64,000 bases of DNA from positions 9,032-73,031 of the forward strand of contig DGTR01000020.1 of NCBI GenBank assembly GCA_002394395.1. The letters run 5' to 3'. Positions 55,501 to 64,000 of the stretch are shown piece by piece. The stretch is from Bacteroidales bacterium UBA4331 (GTDB lineage Bacteria > Bacteroidota > Bacteroidia > Bacteroidales > Paludibacteraceae). The notes beneath the pieces are model-generated. The model saw only the letters and a list, made by a program, of their open reading frames with translations, ran no database searches and was not told the DNA's origin. Numbering within the stretch: position 1 is the stretch's first letter; each line of letters starts with the position of its first letter. The position numbers and the translations under genes are program-made.

Positions 55501-57091
55501 GATGGCGGATTCGGTACCGCTGGCCTTTGTCAACCATTGGACCTCATCGGTACTGACGGATCTGGACGGCAATGGCACAGGGCGCGTAGTAGTAGGCGGA
55601 CGAAAGGGACTGACCTACGTACTCCTCCGCTGCGCTGCGCAGAACGCATCGCTCACTCTGCCATGGACCGGTGCACGATACACCATTGCTGAGGATACTA
55701 TCATCATGGACACGACGGCTATCCTCTTCCCGAATGTTCATCTGACAGACGTAGAGGGCAACAAAGTGGAGGTGAACGGAGGTGTTTATCATGACCAGTT
55801 CAAAGATTTCACGCTGGACCTGCATGTCGATGCGCACGATGCGCTGGTGTTTGACAACAACAAGAAAGGCGAGATGCTGCAAGGTTCTGTCTATGCGACA
55901 GGGCATGTCGATGTGACGGGTAACGAAGATGATATATTGGTTTTTGCAGACGCAAGGACCTCCAAGAACTCGCGGTTCAGGCTAAGTATCGACAACGTGT
56001 CTTCAGCTTACGAATCAGCATTCGTGCATTTCGTTGAGCACCCGGAGTTGGCAAAAGTGGACACAACACAAGAGAGCGATCTGGATAATATCGATGTAGC
56101 AGCCCCTATACATGAGATCGACTCGACGATCTTTAAGAGAGCCGGAAGATGTTTGGTTAAACTGAATTTAGAAGTCAATCCGATGCTGAATTTCCAATTA
56201 GTCTTAGGCGAACGGAACGGCGATATTATTCAAGCGAGAGGTAGCGGAGCGTTGCAATTAGCGTACGACACGCAGACAGGCGATGTATCGCTCTTGGGTA
56301 CATACGACATTGACCAAGGCACCCTCTCCTACACCATCGCCAACATGATCCGCAAGGAGTTTACCGTAGGCGAAGGATCGACAATCGCTTTCTCCGGTGA
56401 TGCGACGAATCCGCAGCTGAACGTGACAGCGAAGTACCGCGTGACGGCGAACCTGCGCGACCTGTTCGGCAGCGATGCGGACCAATTAGCCACCTCGCGA
56501 AGCAATATCCCTGTGATGACCTGCCTGCACATGACCGGCACACTCAATAACCCGATTTTGTCGTTCTCGTTAGAGTTCCCGCTGTCCGATCAGGCGATCC
56601 AGCAACAGGTACGGCAAGTAATCAATACGGATGAGATGTTGATGAGGCAAGTGATTTATCTGTTGGTCTTCAACCGCTTCTTCACGCCGGATTACATGTC
56701 CAACACCCAGTACGCGACGCTGAACTCCACCTATTCGCTGCTGTCCTCAACTGTGACAAGCCAGATCAACGCGTGGTTGTCCAAACTGACGGACATGCTG
56801 ACGCTCGGCGTTGCTATCCGAAGAGACGGTGAGGGAGCTAATGCCAGCTCCGAATACGAGGCGCAGTTCCAGTTACAGCCGGTTGATCGGCTCGTGATCA
56901 ACGGTAATGTAGGATACCGGTATAACGATATCTCCAACCAACCCTTCTTCGGTGATCTGGATGTAGAGGTCAAACTGACTGAGGATGGGCAGCTCCGCAT
57001 GAAGGGCTACACCCACACGGTGGATAAGTACTCGCTCCGTCAGGCGTCCACGATCCAAGGTGTCGGTCTCATCTGGAAGAAAGACTTCTAA
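52577..57091 (+). CDS. tamB: translocation/assembly module protein TamB-like (DUF490 C-terminus)
   Basis: 1504 aa; N-terminal TM anchor, long beta-rich body; the C-terminal ~300 aa resemble TamB/DUF490. Confidence 0.75.
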   Translation: MKRFLYILGVLLVSLVLVSGMLVCVLMSDEVETAAVRLVTAELSNILGTDAHVGAVEYRFPAKIAIKDVYLEDQQGDTLGYIGELNGHFAPLALRKGEIRFSHVRLRDVVANIYQVESEGAKVWNYQFLVDAFKSKNKKKSDPLQSLITVRDVQLDNIRVRYEDYKALLSHAEMDLHGLSADKFDAEISRMAMVVKKYSAFSNQYSEMEVENLKAHVILTDSLIQIPTMMAKLPQSKLELSSIEIAMADKELRLISPFKIDAQLVPTDVRLVVPRFSGFKRTIALSGELDGRLDSLSVRQMELRYNGLTILEGDIAAIGLTKTENPYLRANLTDLRASAAQIQDFLSQFYGKPVKLPAEVHRLGTIHYRGLAEGELREMTLHGAFRTALGAITTDGTLRSDSAFDHMEYDAQVEGRNFRLGHLLANSQIGTVTLEVASKGRVDKGQVHGDVKAHVRKLTYNNYTYADIHLDGTYAPKRYEGSAWIRDPHLNASFDGVVDLHDINPEINCKLQCKHFDSAPLGSKLLGDQLRTRFTVEVDLSGAKADEISGYLEIDSLFLATARDSATMQQMVLIVEADGERDKSISLTTDYLQAQLDGSFRYGDIVPAAQAMMHHYLPTAVKAPEKSWQPVEFEIRADGERLRDVQRLFNAPLTLSDHPTLHAEGQIEEDEEPWFAMRFFAPGVRAGNTPVHDLTITLNTIDTLRHTQEAGSGLALSVSAEAMQMHTVISTLAFRDTLLTQITLRQQAQMNELLPEGWESLTPRELQRALSDDLSNAERHKALLAAQRAGDYGGDLKFITHFSKYNHKPLIDLHFLPGTLLLRDSIYSLGESYLTYCAADTTVQVEQFSFEGGGQHIRANGLASRRSRDTLHVDLQKIDASYVVPFLLPVQTIMFNGLLTGQASISGVFKKAKVDTQIHIDSMGLNNCWFGDAEVALHITDSLAFHADVYRPDRKVVDLKGKALFDGSGVWELDMMADSVPLAFVNHWTSSVLTDLDGNGTGRVVVGGRKGLTYVLLRCAAQNASLTLPWTGARYTIAEDTIIMDTTAILFPNVHLTDVEGNKVEVNGGVYHDQFKDFTLDLHVDAHDALVFDNNKKGEMLQGSVYATGHVDVTGNEDDILVFADARTSKNSRFRLSIDNVSSAYESAFVHFVEHPELAKVDTTQESDLDNIDVAAPIHEIDSTIFKRAGRCLVKLNLEVNPMLNFQLVLGERNGDIIQARGSGALQLAYDTQTGDVSLLGTYDIDQGTLSYTIANMIRKEFTVGEGSTIAFSGDATNPQLNVTAKYRVTANLRDLFGSDADQLATSRSNIPVMTCLHMTGTLNNPILSFSLEFPLSDQAIQQQVRQVINTDEMLMRQVIYLLVFNRFFTPDYMSNTQYATLNSTYSLLSSTVTSQINAWLSKLTDMLTLGVAIRRDGEGANASSEYEAQFQLQPVDRLVINGNVGYRYNDISNQPFFGDLDVEVKLTEDGQLRMKGYTHTVDKYSLRQASTIQGVGLIWKKDF

Positions 57092-57150
57092 CAAAAACAG
57101 CGCCGTGAGTTACGACGCTGTTTTTGTTATATCGACCGCGCATGGTCGAT
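57090..57150. terminator. two hairpins between convergent genes (tamB / pnp)
   Basis: AACAAAAACAGCG...CGCTGTTTTTGTT (57090-57128) and ATCGACC-GCGCAT-GGTCGAT (57131-57150). Confidence 0.65.
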
Positions 57151-57154
57151 TCGA

Positions 57155-59413
57155 TTAGTGACGCTCAGGCTTCGGGCCACGACGCTCAGGACGAGGTCCT
57201 CGGTCGAGTTTTGCTCCGTCACGGTCACCACGCGGTGCGCGAGCAGGACGCTCCGGCTCCTGATAGCCTTCGGGTTTCTCTTTGAGAGCACGAGCGCTCA
57301 GACGGAACTTACCGGTCTTCGGATCTACCTCCAGCAATTTGATGCGGATGTGGTCACCCTCTTTGATTCCGGTCTCTTCCATGGTCTCGTAGCGCTTCCA
57401 ATCAATCTCGGAAATGTGCAGCAGACCTTCCTTACCCGGCATGAACTCTACGAAGCAGCCGTACGGCATGAGGCTTTTAACAACAGAGTCGTACTCTTCG
57501 CCTACCTCCGGCAGGGCAACAATCGCTTTGATCTTCGCGATAGCTGCAGCCATTGCTTCGCCGTTGTTGGAAGCAACCTCCACCTTGCCGCCCTTCTCAT
57601 CTTCGTCGATGGAGATGACAGCTCCGGTCTCAGCCTGGATGCCTTGGATAATCTTACCGCCCGGGCCAATAACAGCGCCGATCATATCTTTCGGGATATA
57701 GAAAGAGGTGATACGCGGTGCGTGCGGTTTGAGGTCAGCACGCGGAGCAGGCATGCACTCGAGGATCTTACCGAGGATGAACATACGTGCCTCGTGCGCC
57801 TGTGCGAGCGCGTTCTCTAATATTTCATAGGAAAGACCATCTACCTTGATATCCATCTGGCAAGCGGTCAGACCGTCCTTCGTGCCGGTGGTCTTGAAGT
57901 CCATGTCGCCGAGGTGGTCCTCATCGCCGAGGATATCACTAAGAATAGCGTAATTCTTACCTTGGTTCTCGGAGATCAGACCCATTGCGATACCGGAAAC
58001 GGGTTTCTTCATCGGAACACCAGCGTCCATGAGGGCGAGGGTACCTGCGCAAACGGTAGCCATCGAGCTGGAACCGTTGGACTCGAGGATGTCAGAAACG
58101 ACACGTACGGTATAAGGGAAATCCTCCGGGATCATGTTCTTGAGCGCGCGGCAAGCCAAGTTACCGTGACCGATCTCGCGACGTCCTACACCACGCTGTG
58201 CTTTTGCCTCTCCGGTGGAGAACGGCGGGAAGTTATAGTGCAGGAGGAACTTATCTGTGCCTTGAATTAATGCCTCATCCACGATCTTCTCATCGCGGCT
58301 GGTACCGAGAGTAACGGTCGAGAGCGACTGAGTCTCGCCACGGGTGAAGATAGAGGATCCGTGAGGGCCGGGCAGGTAACCCACCTCACACCAGATCGGA
58401 CGGATCTCCGTGGTCTTACGACCATCGAGACGCTTGCCCTCATCGAGCACAGCACGACGCATTGCCTCTTTCTCTACATCATGATAGTAACGATCTACAA
58501 GAGCAGCTACCTCATCGATGTCGATGCCGAGAGCCTCAGCGCGGGCAGCCATGTAGTCTGCTTTCTCCGTCTTGAAATCTTCGCAGATCTGGCTAAACAT
58601 CTCCTCGCGGTGATGTTTGTCGGTATCAGCAGCAGTAGCTTGTGCATAAGCACGTGCGTAAGAGTAGTCATGTACAGCCTGCTTCAACTCATCGTCGTTC
58701 ACCTCGTGGCAGTACTCACGTTTAGTCTCCTTGCCATAAGCTTTCATCATCTCGTTGATTGCCAGACACTGCGGCTTGATAGCCTCGTGTGCAGCCTTAA
58801 TAGCCTCCAGCATAACGGACTCCGGCACCTCTTTCATCTCGCCTTCCACCATCATAATGTTGTCATACGTAGCAGCCACCATGAGCTCGAGGTCAGCGTG
58901 CTCGCATTGCTCGAAGGTCGGGTTGATGACCATCTTGCCATCTACACGTGCTACACGTACCTCACTTACCGGACCCTCGAAAGGAATATCCGAGCATGCC
59001 AAAGCAGCTCCTGCAGCGAGTCCGGCAATGCTCTCCGGCATGTCGATGCCGTCAGCCGAATACATGGTGACGTTAACGAACGTCTCTGCGTGATAGTTAG
59101 AAGGGAAGAGGGGACGAAGGGCACGGTCGATAAGACGTGCAATCAGGATCTCATAATCCGATGCTTTGCCCTCGCGGCGGGTAAAACCGCCCGGGAAGCG
59201 TCCTGCGGACGCAAATTTCTCTTTGTACTCTACGGTCAAGGGCATAAAATCTGTACCAGGAACCGCATCTTTGGCGGAGCAGACAGTAGCTAAGATCATC
59301 GTGTTGCCGAGCGTCGCCATCACAGCGCCATCAGCTTGTTTAGCCAATTTGCCTGTCTCCAGTTTGATCACTCGTCCATCGGGGAGAGCAATCTCTTTGG
59401 TTACAATATTCAT
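57155..59413 (-). CDS. pnp: polyribonucleotide nucleotidyltransferase (PNPase) with Arg/Pro-rich C-terminal tail
   Basis: 752 aa; two RNase PH domains, KH (GPGGK) and S1 (YGCFVEF) domains. Confidence 0.95.
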   Translation of the reverse strand: MNIVTKEIALPDGRVIKLETGKLAKQADGAVMATLGNTMILATVCSAKDAVPGTDFMPLTVEYKEKFASAGRFPGGFTRREGKASDYEILIARLIDRALRPLFPSNYHAETFVNVTMYSADGIDMPESIAGLAAGAALACSDIPFEGPVSEVRVARVDGKMVINPTFEQCEHADLELMVAATYDNIMMVEGEMKEVPESVMLEAIKAAHEAIKPQCLAINEMMKAYGKETKREYCHEVNDDELKQAVHDYSYARAYAQATAADTDKHHREEMFSQICEDFKTEKADYMAARAEALGIDIDEVAALVDRYYHDVEKEAMRRAVLDEGKRLDGRKTTEIRPIWCEVGYLPGPHGSSIFTRGETQSLSTVTLGTSRDEKIVDEALIQGTDKFLLHYNFPPFSTGEAKAQRGVGRREIGHGNLACRALKNMIPEDFPYTVRVVSDILESNGSSSMATVCAGTLALMDAGVPMKKPVSGIAMGLISENQGKNYAILSDILGDEDHLGDMDFKTTGTKDGLTACQMDIKVDGLSYEILENALAQAHEARMFILGKILECMPAPRADLKPHAPRITSFYIPKDMIGAVIGPGGKIIQGIQAETGAVISIDEDEKGGKVEVASNNGEAMAAAIAKIKAIVALPEVGEEYDSVVKSLMPYGCFVEFMPGKEGLLHISEIDWKRYETMEETGIKEGDHIRIKLLEVDPKTGKFRLSARALKEKPEGYQEPERPARAPRGDRDGAKLDRGPRPERRGPKPERH

Positions 59414-59480
59414 TATTTATTCGTCATTTTTGGCCGCCGTTTGCGACCGGTTAATTTGATAAGACCCATAAAAAGTCGGA

Positions 59481-59579
59481 CAAAGGTACTGCTTTTTTTT
59501 GAGATACACAAATTTTTTTTTATTTTTCCCGAAAAAATGCAATTTAATTTGCGTAAGTGCAAAAAAAGTTGTATCTTTG
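59481..59579. promoter_or_regulatory. divergent promoters (pnp / mlaE)
   Basis: TACCTTTG (minus, 59481-59488) and TATCTTTG (plus, 59572-59579). Confidence 0.55.
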
Positions 59580-59602
59580 CACGCTTTTTAATATACTTAG
59601 CG

Positions 59603-60340
59603 ATGCGTTTATTTCAACACATAGGCGAATACACCCTCCTGATGGGTAAAGTATTGCGTTTGCCGGACCGGCAGCGGATGTTTTGGCGGCAGTATAGCAG
59701 GGAGTTAGAGAAACAAGGTCTGCAGAGTCTGCCGATTGTTCTGATTATCTCGGTCTTTATCGGCGCGATCCTGACTATTCAGGCAAAGACGAACACGGAG
59801 AACCCGTTATTGCCGACCTATACGGTAGGTCTGCTGACGAGAGAGACTTTGTTGTTAGAGTTCTCAAGTACGATCCTGTGCCTCATTCTGGCAGGCAAAG
59901 TGGGATCGAATATCGCCTCGGAGATCGGTACGATGCGTATTACCGAGCAAATCGATGCGATGGAGATCATGGGCGTGAATAGCGCCAACTACCTGATTTT
60001 ACCGAAGATCTTAGCGTTTGTAACGATGATGCCGATGCTGGTCATCATCTCCACGGCAGTGGGATTAGTAGGCGGATGGGCGGTAGGTGCGTTCACGGAT
60101 ATCATCACGGTGCACGACTATCTCATAGGCGTACAATACGCCTTCAACCCTTACTATGTATGGTACGGCATTATTAAGAGCGTAGTGTTTGCGTTCGTGA
60201 TCACGAGTATGGCGAGTTACTATGGCTATTTTGCACGCGGGGGCGCGCTGGACGTAGGTCGCGCGAGTACGAATGCGGTAGTGAACAGTAATATCATGAT
60301 TTTGTTCCTCGACTTGGTTTTAAGTAAGTTACTGCTATGA
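59603..60340 (+). CDS. mlaE: MlaE-family ABC transporter permease
   Basis: Start taken at ATG 59603 (MRLFQHIGEY...), after the TATCTTTG box at 59572-59579; EIGTMRITEQIDAMEIMG signature. Confidence 0.85.
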   Translation: MRLFQHIGEYTLLMGKVLRLPDRQRMFWRQYSRELEKQGLQSLPIVLIISVFIGAILTIQAKTNTENPLLPTYTVGLLTRETLLLEFSSTILCLILAGKVGSNIASEIGTMRITEQIDAMEIMGVNSANYLILPKILAFVTMMPMLVIISTAVGLVGGWAVGAFTDIITVHDYLIGVQYAFNPYYVWYGIIKSVVFAFVITSMASYYGYFARGGALDVGRASTNAVVNSNIMILFLDLVLSKLLL

Positions 60341-61095
60341 TTGAAGTTAAAGATGTAGTAAAGAGTTTCGACGGGAACGTGGTACTGAACCACGTGAGTA
60401 CGGAGATGCGGGACGGCGAGGTGAACATGATCATCGGTCAGTCCGGCAGCGGTAAGACGGTACTGATGAAGAGCCTGATCGGTCTGCACGATGTCGATAG
60501 CGGACATATCTTATACGACGGCCGCGACTTGGCACAGATGAAGAGCAAGGATATCCGTTTGTTGCATCGGGAAGTGGGCATGTTGTTTCAAGGTAGCGCC
60601 TTATTCGACTCCATGACGGTAATGGAGAATGTGTTGTTTCCGATGGAGATGTTCTCTCAAAAGAGCCGCGAAGAGATGCGGGAGCGCGCGGAGTTCTGCT
60701 TACGACGAGTAGAGATGCCTGAACGGGTTTGGAACTTGATGCCAAGTGAGATCAGCGGTGGTCAGCAGAAACGTGTAGCGATTGCCCGGGCGATTGTATT
60801 GGAGCCTAAGTACCTCTTCTGCGACGAACCCAACTCCGGTCTGGATCCACGAACGAGTCTGGTGATTGATGCGCTGATACAGGATATCACAAAGGAGTAT
60901 AATATCTGCACCATCGTCAACAGCCACGACATGAACTCTATTATGGAGATAGGCGATAACATCCTCTTCCTCAAAGGCGGCAAGAAAGAGTGGCAAGGTT
61001 CACGCCACGAGATCATGACGAGCGACAACGAGGCGCTGAACGATTTCGTTTTCGCCAGTGAGTTATTTAAGAAAGTCAAACAAGCCAATAGTTAA
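60337..61095 (+). CDS. mlaF: MlaF-like ABC transporter ATP-binding protein
   Basis: 252 aa; Walker A GQSGSGKT, signature ISGGQQKR, Walker B LFCDEP. Confidence 0.85.
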   Translation: MIEVKDVVKSFDGNVVLNHVSTEMRDGEVNMIIGQSGSGKTVLMKSLIGLHDVDSGHILYDGRDLAQMKSKDIRLLHREVGMLFQGSALFDSMTVMENVLFPMEMFSQKSREEMRERAEFCLRRVEMPERVWNLMPSEISGGQQKRVAIARAIVLEPKYLFCDEPNSGLDPRTSLVIDALIQDITKEYNICTIVNSHDMNSIMEIGDNILFLKGGKKEWQGSRHEIMTSDNEALNDFVFASELFKKVKQANS

Positions 61096-61106
61096 TATAA
61101 TACGAT

Positions 61107-62564
61107 ATGAGAAAAGCATTTTCCCTTTTGATAGTTTTCAGTTTAAGCCTCTCCGCGTGGGCTATCGTGCCCCCGCGCCATATAGCTGACACAGCGGCTT
61201 ATCATCGGCAGGTTCGCATGATGCAAAAGACCACCGATATGCAAGCACCCGCTCGCGAGCAACAAGTGGGCACGAGGAAGATTTTTCCCCGCGTGCCGGT
61301 GATCTTGGTAAACTATCCCGACATGCGTTATCGCGTGAGCCGCGCCGACGTGGACTCGATGTTCAATGGTGTACACTTCACGAAAGACGGTGCGACGGGT
61401 TCGGTAAGGCAGTATTTCTACGACCAGTCCTACGGAGAATATAATCCGCAGTTCGATATCTACGGCCCGGTGACAGTCAGCCAAAACTACGCGCATTATG
61501 CGAATCGCGCTTCAGAGTTGGTACTGGAGGCGTGTACACTGATGGACGACTCGTTGGATTTTACTCTATATAATTTGGACGGCGATAACCAAGTTGATTT
61601 GATGTACTGTCTTTTTGCCGGTCCTCCTCAAAGTGATGCCGCATACATAGATCGCAATTGGATCAGCAACCCGAGCCAACTCATCTGGCCGCATTATTGG
61701 GTCATTTCTGAGGCAGGCAGTTATGGAAAACCTACCGTCTTTGACGGCTTGACAATAGAAGATTATGAGGTCAGCAACGAATTGGACGGCATGTATAGCA
61801 ATGCCACCACAACGGTGATGGCGGGTGTCGGCGTAGCATGTCATGAGTTCGGGCATGGTATGGGTCTGCCGGACATCTACTCAACGAACGAACAGACCAC
61901 CCACAAGACTTCCGGATTATGGGAGATAATGGACTATTGTTACGCGAATGACGCCAAGACCCCTGCCGCTTATTCCGCATACGAGCGGTGGTTTATGGGG
62001 TGGCTCGAACCGGCACTCATCAACTCTGCCTCCACAGACACCCTTCCGGATTTGAATATTACTCCGAAGGCATACTACATGACCGAGAACGGAGAGCCGG
62101 TGATGGATATAACAAACCCGAGTCCCACAACCTTCTACCTGTTAGAAAACCGGCAAAATGCCGGATGGGACACCTATCTCCCCGGACATGGAATGCTTGT
62201 CACGAGGATTAACTACAACTATTCCAAATGGACCGGGAACACGGTAAATAACGATGCGAACAATCTCGGCATCGACATTCTCGAGGCGGACGGTTTAGCC
62301 CCCGCCTATCCCAGCGCGAGTTGGTACGGCAAACCAGGCGATGCATATCCTACAGGCAGCACCTCGTTCACTAGGGTGAGCAACTATCAGGTGACAGACA
62401 TCGCAGAGGTGAACGACGTGATTACCTTCAACGTGAACGGCGGTACTCCGACCGGCATCGAGAAGACAAGTTCTTCCAACACACCACGGAAAATACTGCG
62501 CGATGGTCGCGTGGTGATTCTGCGCGGAGAGAAAGAATATGATATTTTAGGCAGAGTGTTATGA
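61107..62564 (+). CDS. M6-family (immune inhibitor A-like) metalloprotease with T9SS-type tail
   Basis: 485 aa; signal peptide; [11 protein letters not shown] zinc motif; tail [24 protein letters not shown]. Confidence 0.8.
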   Translation: MRKAFSLLIVFSLSLSAWAIVPPRHIADTAAYHRQVRMMQKTTDMQAPAREQQVGTRKIFPRVPVILVNYPDMRYRVSRADVDSMFNGVHFTKDGATGSVRQYFYDQSYGEYNPQFDIYGPVTVSQNYAHYANRASELVLEACTLMDDSLDFTLYNLDGDNQVDLMYCLFAGPPQSDAAYIDRNWISNPSQLIWPHYWVISEAGSYGKPTVFDGLTIEDYEVSNELDGMYSNATTTVMAGVGVACHEFGHGMGLPDIYSTNEQTTHKTSGLWEIMDYCYANDAKTPAAYSAYERWFMGWLEPALINSASTDTLPDLNITPKAYYMTENGEPVMDITNPSPTTFYLLENRQNAGWDTYLPGHGMLVTRINYNYSKWTGNTVNNDANNLGIDILEADGLAPAYPSASWYGKPGDAYPTGSTSFTRVSNYQVTDIAEVNDVITFNVNGGTPTGIEKTSSSNTPRKILRDGRVVILRGEKEYDILGRVL

Positions 62565-63322
62565 AAATCATTAGTTATAATTTGAATGGTATCCGCTCGG
62601 CTATTGGCAAAGGATTGCTGGAGTGGTTACAGAGTGAGAGTCCTGATGTCTTTTGTATCCAGGAGAGCAAAGCGCAGCCGGAACAGATTGACGTGATGGC
62701 GTTTCAAGAGTTGGGGTATCACAGTTATATCCACTCCGCGGAGAAAAAAGGCTACTCGGGCGTGTGTATCTTCACGAAGCAAGAGCCGGATAAAGTGGTC
62801 GTCGGCATGGGCAACCCCAAATACGACCGCGAGGGACGTGTGCTGCGCGTCGATTTCGGCGATCTGACCATCGTCGATGCCTATATCCCCAGCGGCACGA
62901 CAGGCGATGTACGACAAGATTTCAAGATGGAGTTTCTCGAGGATTTCCTCGTTTGGGTCAATGAGTTGCGTAAAGAGCGACCGAACATCGTCATCTGCGG
63001 CGATTATAATATCTGTCATAAACCGATTGATATTAACCACCCTGAGCGGCAGATTGGTGTATCGGGTTTCTTACCCGAAGAGCGCGAGTGGATGGATCGA
63101 TGGGAAGCCAGCGGTCTGGTGGACTCTTTCCGTGTGTTTGACCAGAGTGCCGAGCGGTATAGCTGGTGGTCGTGGCGAGCAGGTGCAAGAGCAAGAAACG
63201 TAGGATGGCGGATTGACTACTTGTGGGTCAGCGAGAGCCTGCGCGGAAGACTGAAAGACGGGAAGATCTTAACCGACGCCGTTCATTCCGACCATTGTCC
63301 GGTGATGGTAGAAATCGCATAA
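62561..63322 (+). CDS. xth: exodeoxyribonuclease III
   Basis: 253 aa; [20 protein letters not shown] and SDHCPV motifs; ATGA overlap with the upstream gene. Confidence 0.92.
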   Translation: MKIISYNLNGIRSAIGKGLLEWLQSESPDVFCIQESKAQPEQIDVMAFQELGYHSYIHSAEKKGYSGVCIFTKQEPDKVVVGMGNPKYDREGRVLRVDFGDLTIVDAYIPSGTTGDVRQDFKMEFLEDFLVWVNELRKERPNIVICGDYNICHKPIDINHPERQIGVSGFLPEEREWMDRWEASGLVDSFRVFDQSAERYSWWSWRAGARARNVGWRIDYLWVSESLRGRLKDGKILTDAVHSDHCPVMVEIA

Positions 63323-63411
63323 ATTAAACTTCACGGGATAATATACGTAGTATATTATAGGGTGGTGCAGGATACGATATACATAGGACATAGTAAGGAC
63401 ATGCATAGTTT

Positions 63412-64000
63412 ATGGATAAATTACGAACAGAACATCTGATCAAAAAATACGGCAAGAGGACCGTGGTGGATGATGTCTCTATCCAGCTGGAACAGGGGGA
63501 GATAGTGGGTCTGCTGGGTCCTAACGGAGCCGGTAAGACGACGACGTTCTATATGACAACCGGTCTGGTGGCTGCCAATAACGGTAAGATCTTCCTCAAC
63601 GATCAGGATATCACTTCATACCCGATGTACAAGCGGGCGAAGATGGGTATCGGCTACCTGCCGCAAGAGGCGAGTGTGTTCCGCAAGATGACCGTAGAGG
63701 ATAATATCCGCTCGGTTTTGGAGCTGACAGATTTCAGCAAGGAGTACCAGGAGGAGAAATTAGAGAGCCTGATCAAGGAGTTTAACCTGGCGCACGTTCG
63801 TACGAATCTCGGTGACCGTCTGAGTGGTGGCGAGAGACGAAGGACGGAGATCGCCCGGTGTCTGGCTATCGAACCGAAGTTCGTCATGCTCGACGAACCT
63901 TTTGCGGGTGTCGATCCTATCGCCGTGCAGGAGATTCAGGATGTCGTATGGAGGCTCAAAGACAAGAATATCGGCATCCTCATTACCGACCATAACGTGG
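63412..64000 (+). CDS. lptB: LPS export ABC transporter ATP-binding protein, runs off right edge
   Basis: Own translation: [23 protein letters not shown]...[12 protein letters not shown]...[16 protein letters not shown]...[11 protein letters not shown]; no stop before 64000. Confidence 0.9.
   Translation, partial: MDKLRTEHLIKKYGKRTVVDDVSIQLEQGEIVGLLGPNGAGKTTTFYMTTGLVAANNGKIFLNDQDITSYPMYKRAKMGIGYLPQEASVFRKMTVEDNIRSVLELTDFSKEYQEEKLESLIKEFNLAHVRTNLGDRLSGGERRRTEIARCLAIEPKFVMLDEPFAGVDPIAVQEIQDVVWRLKDKNIGILITDHNV

Overview
This looks like a chromosomal segment from a Bacteroidales genome, probably Prevotella-like. That placement is an inference from TAnnTTTG -7 promoter boxes upstream of most operons, a full type IX secretion (T9SS) core, and short Prevotella-style C-terminal sorting tails. 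Most of the window is core genome. On the minus strand, 11758 to 1 carries DUF2795, porP-porK-porL-porM-porN, ftsX, DUF3098, uppP, truB, queA, ung and polA. Then come a PduO-type adenosyltransferase, a methyltransferase, a SpmA/B-like protein, ybeY, a pectate lyase, sdhC-[LRR gene]-sdhA-sdhB, an acid phosphatase, porQ, cmk, ispH, a large BspA-like LRR protein, malQ, uvrB, rplS, tamB, pnp, mlaEF, an M6 protease, xth and lptB. One accessory island spans about 34.7-49.85 kb. It holds two giant Listeria-Bacteroides-repeat surface proteins (about 2200 and 1431 aa) and a small tail-anchored protein. It also holds an AT-rich cassette (Zn-ribbon protein, small membrane protein, FRG-domain protein), a decayed wHTH gene, and about 1.5 kb of repeat-dense non-coding DNA with its own promoter. 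I found no rRNA, tRNA, CRISPR array, transposase or integrase. No known defence or secretion system beyond the T9SS is recognisable. The strongest unexplained signals are at the DNA level. (i) At least 18 short tandem stutter repeats (7-15 nt units, 2-7 copies) lie in intergenic DNA and inside conserved housekeeping ORFs (polA, truB, cmk, ispH, uvrB start), and two unit sequences recur at distant loci. (ii) A GC-rich 20-nt hairpin is read through in different frames inside three ORF positions, including uvrB. (iii) An array of at least 10 copies of AGCCTGTTCCTTTTTT surrounds the decayed gene. (iv) An LRR cargo gene sits inside the sdhCAB operon. (v) polA appears to lack its 3'-5' exonuclease domain. 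All functional calls come from reading motifs by eye; no searches were run.
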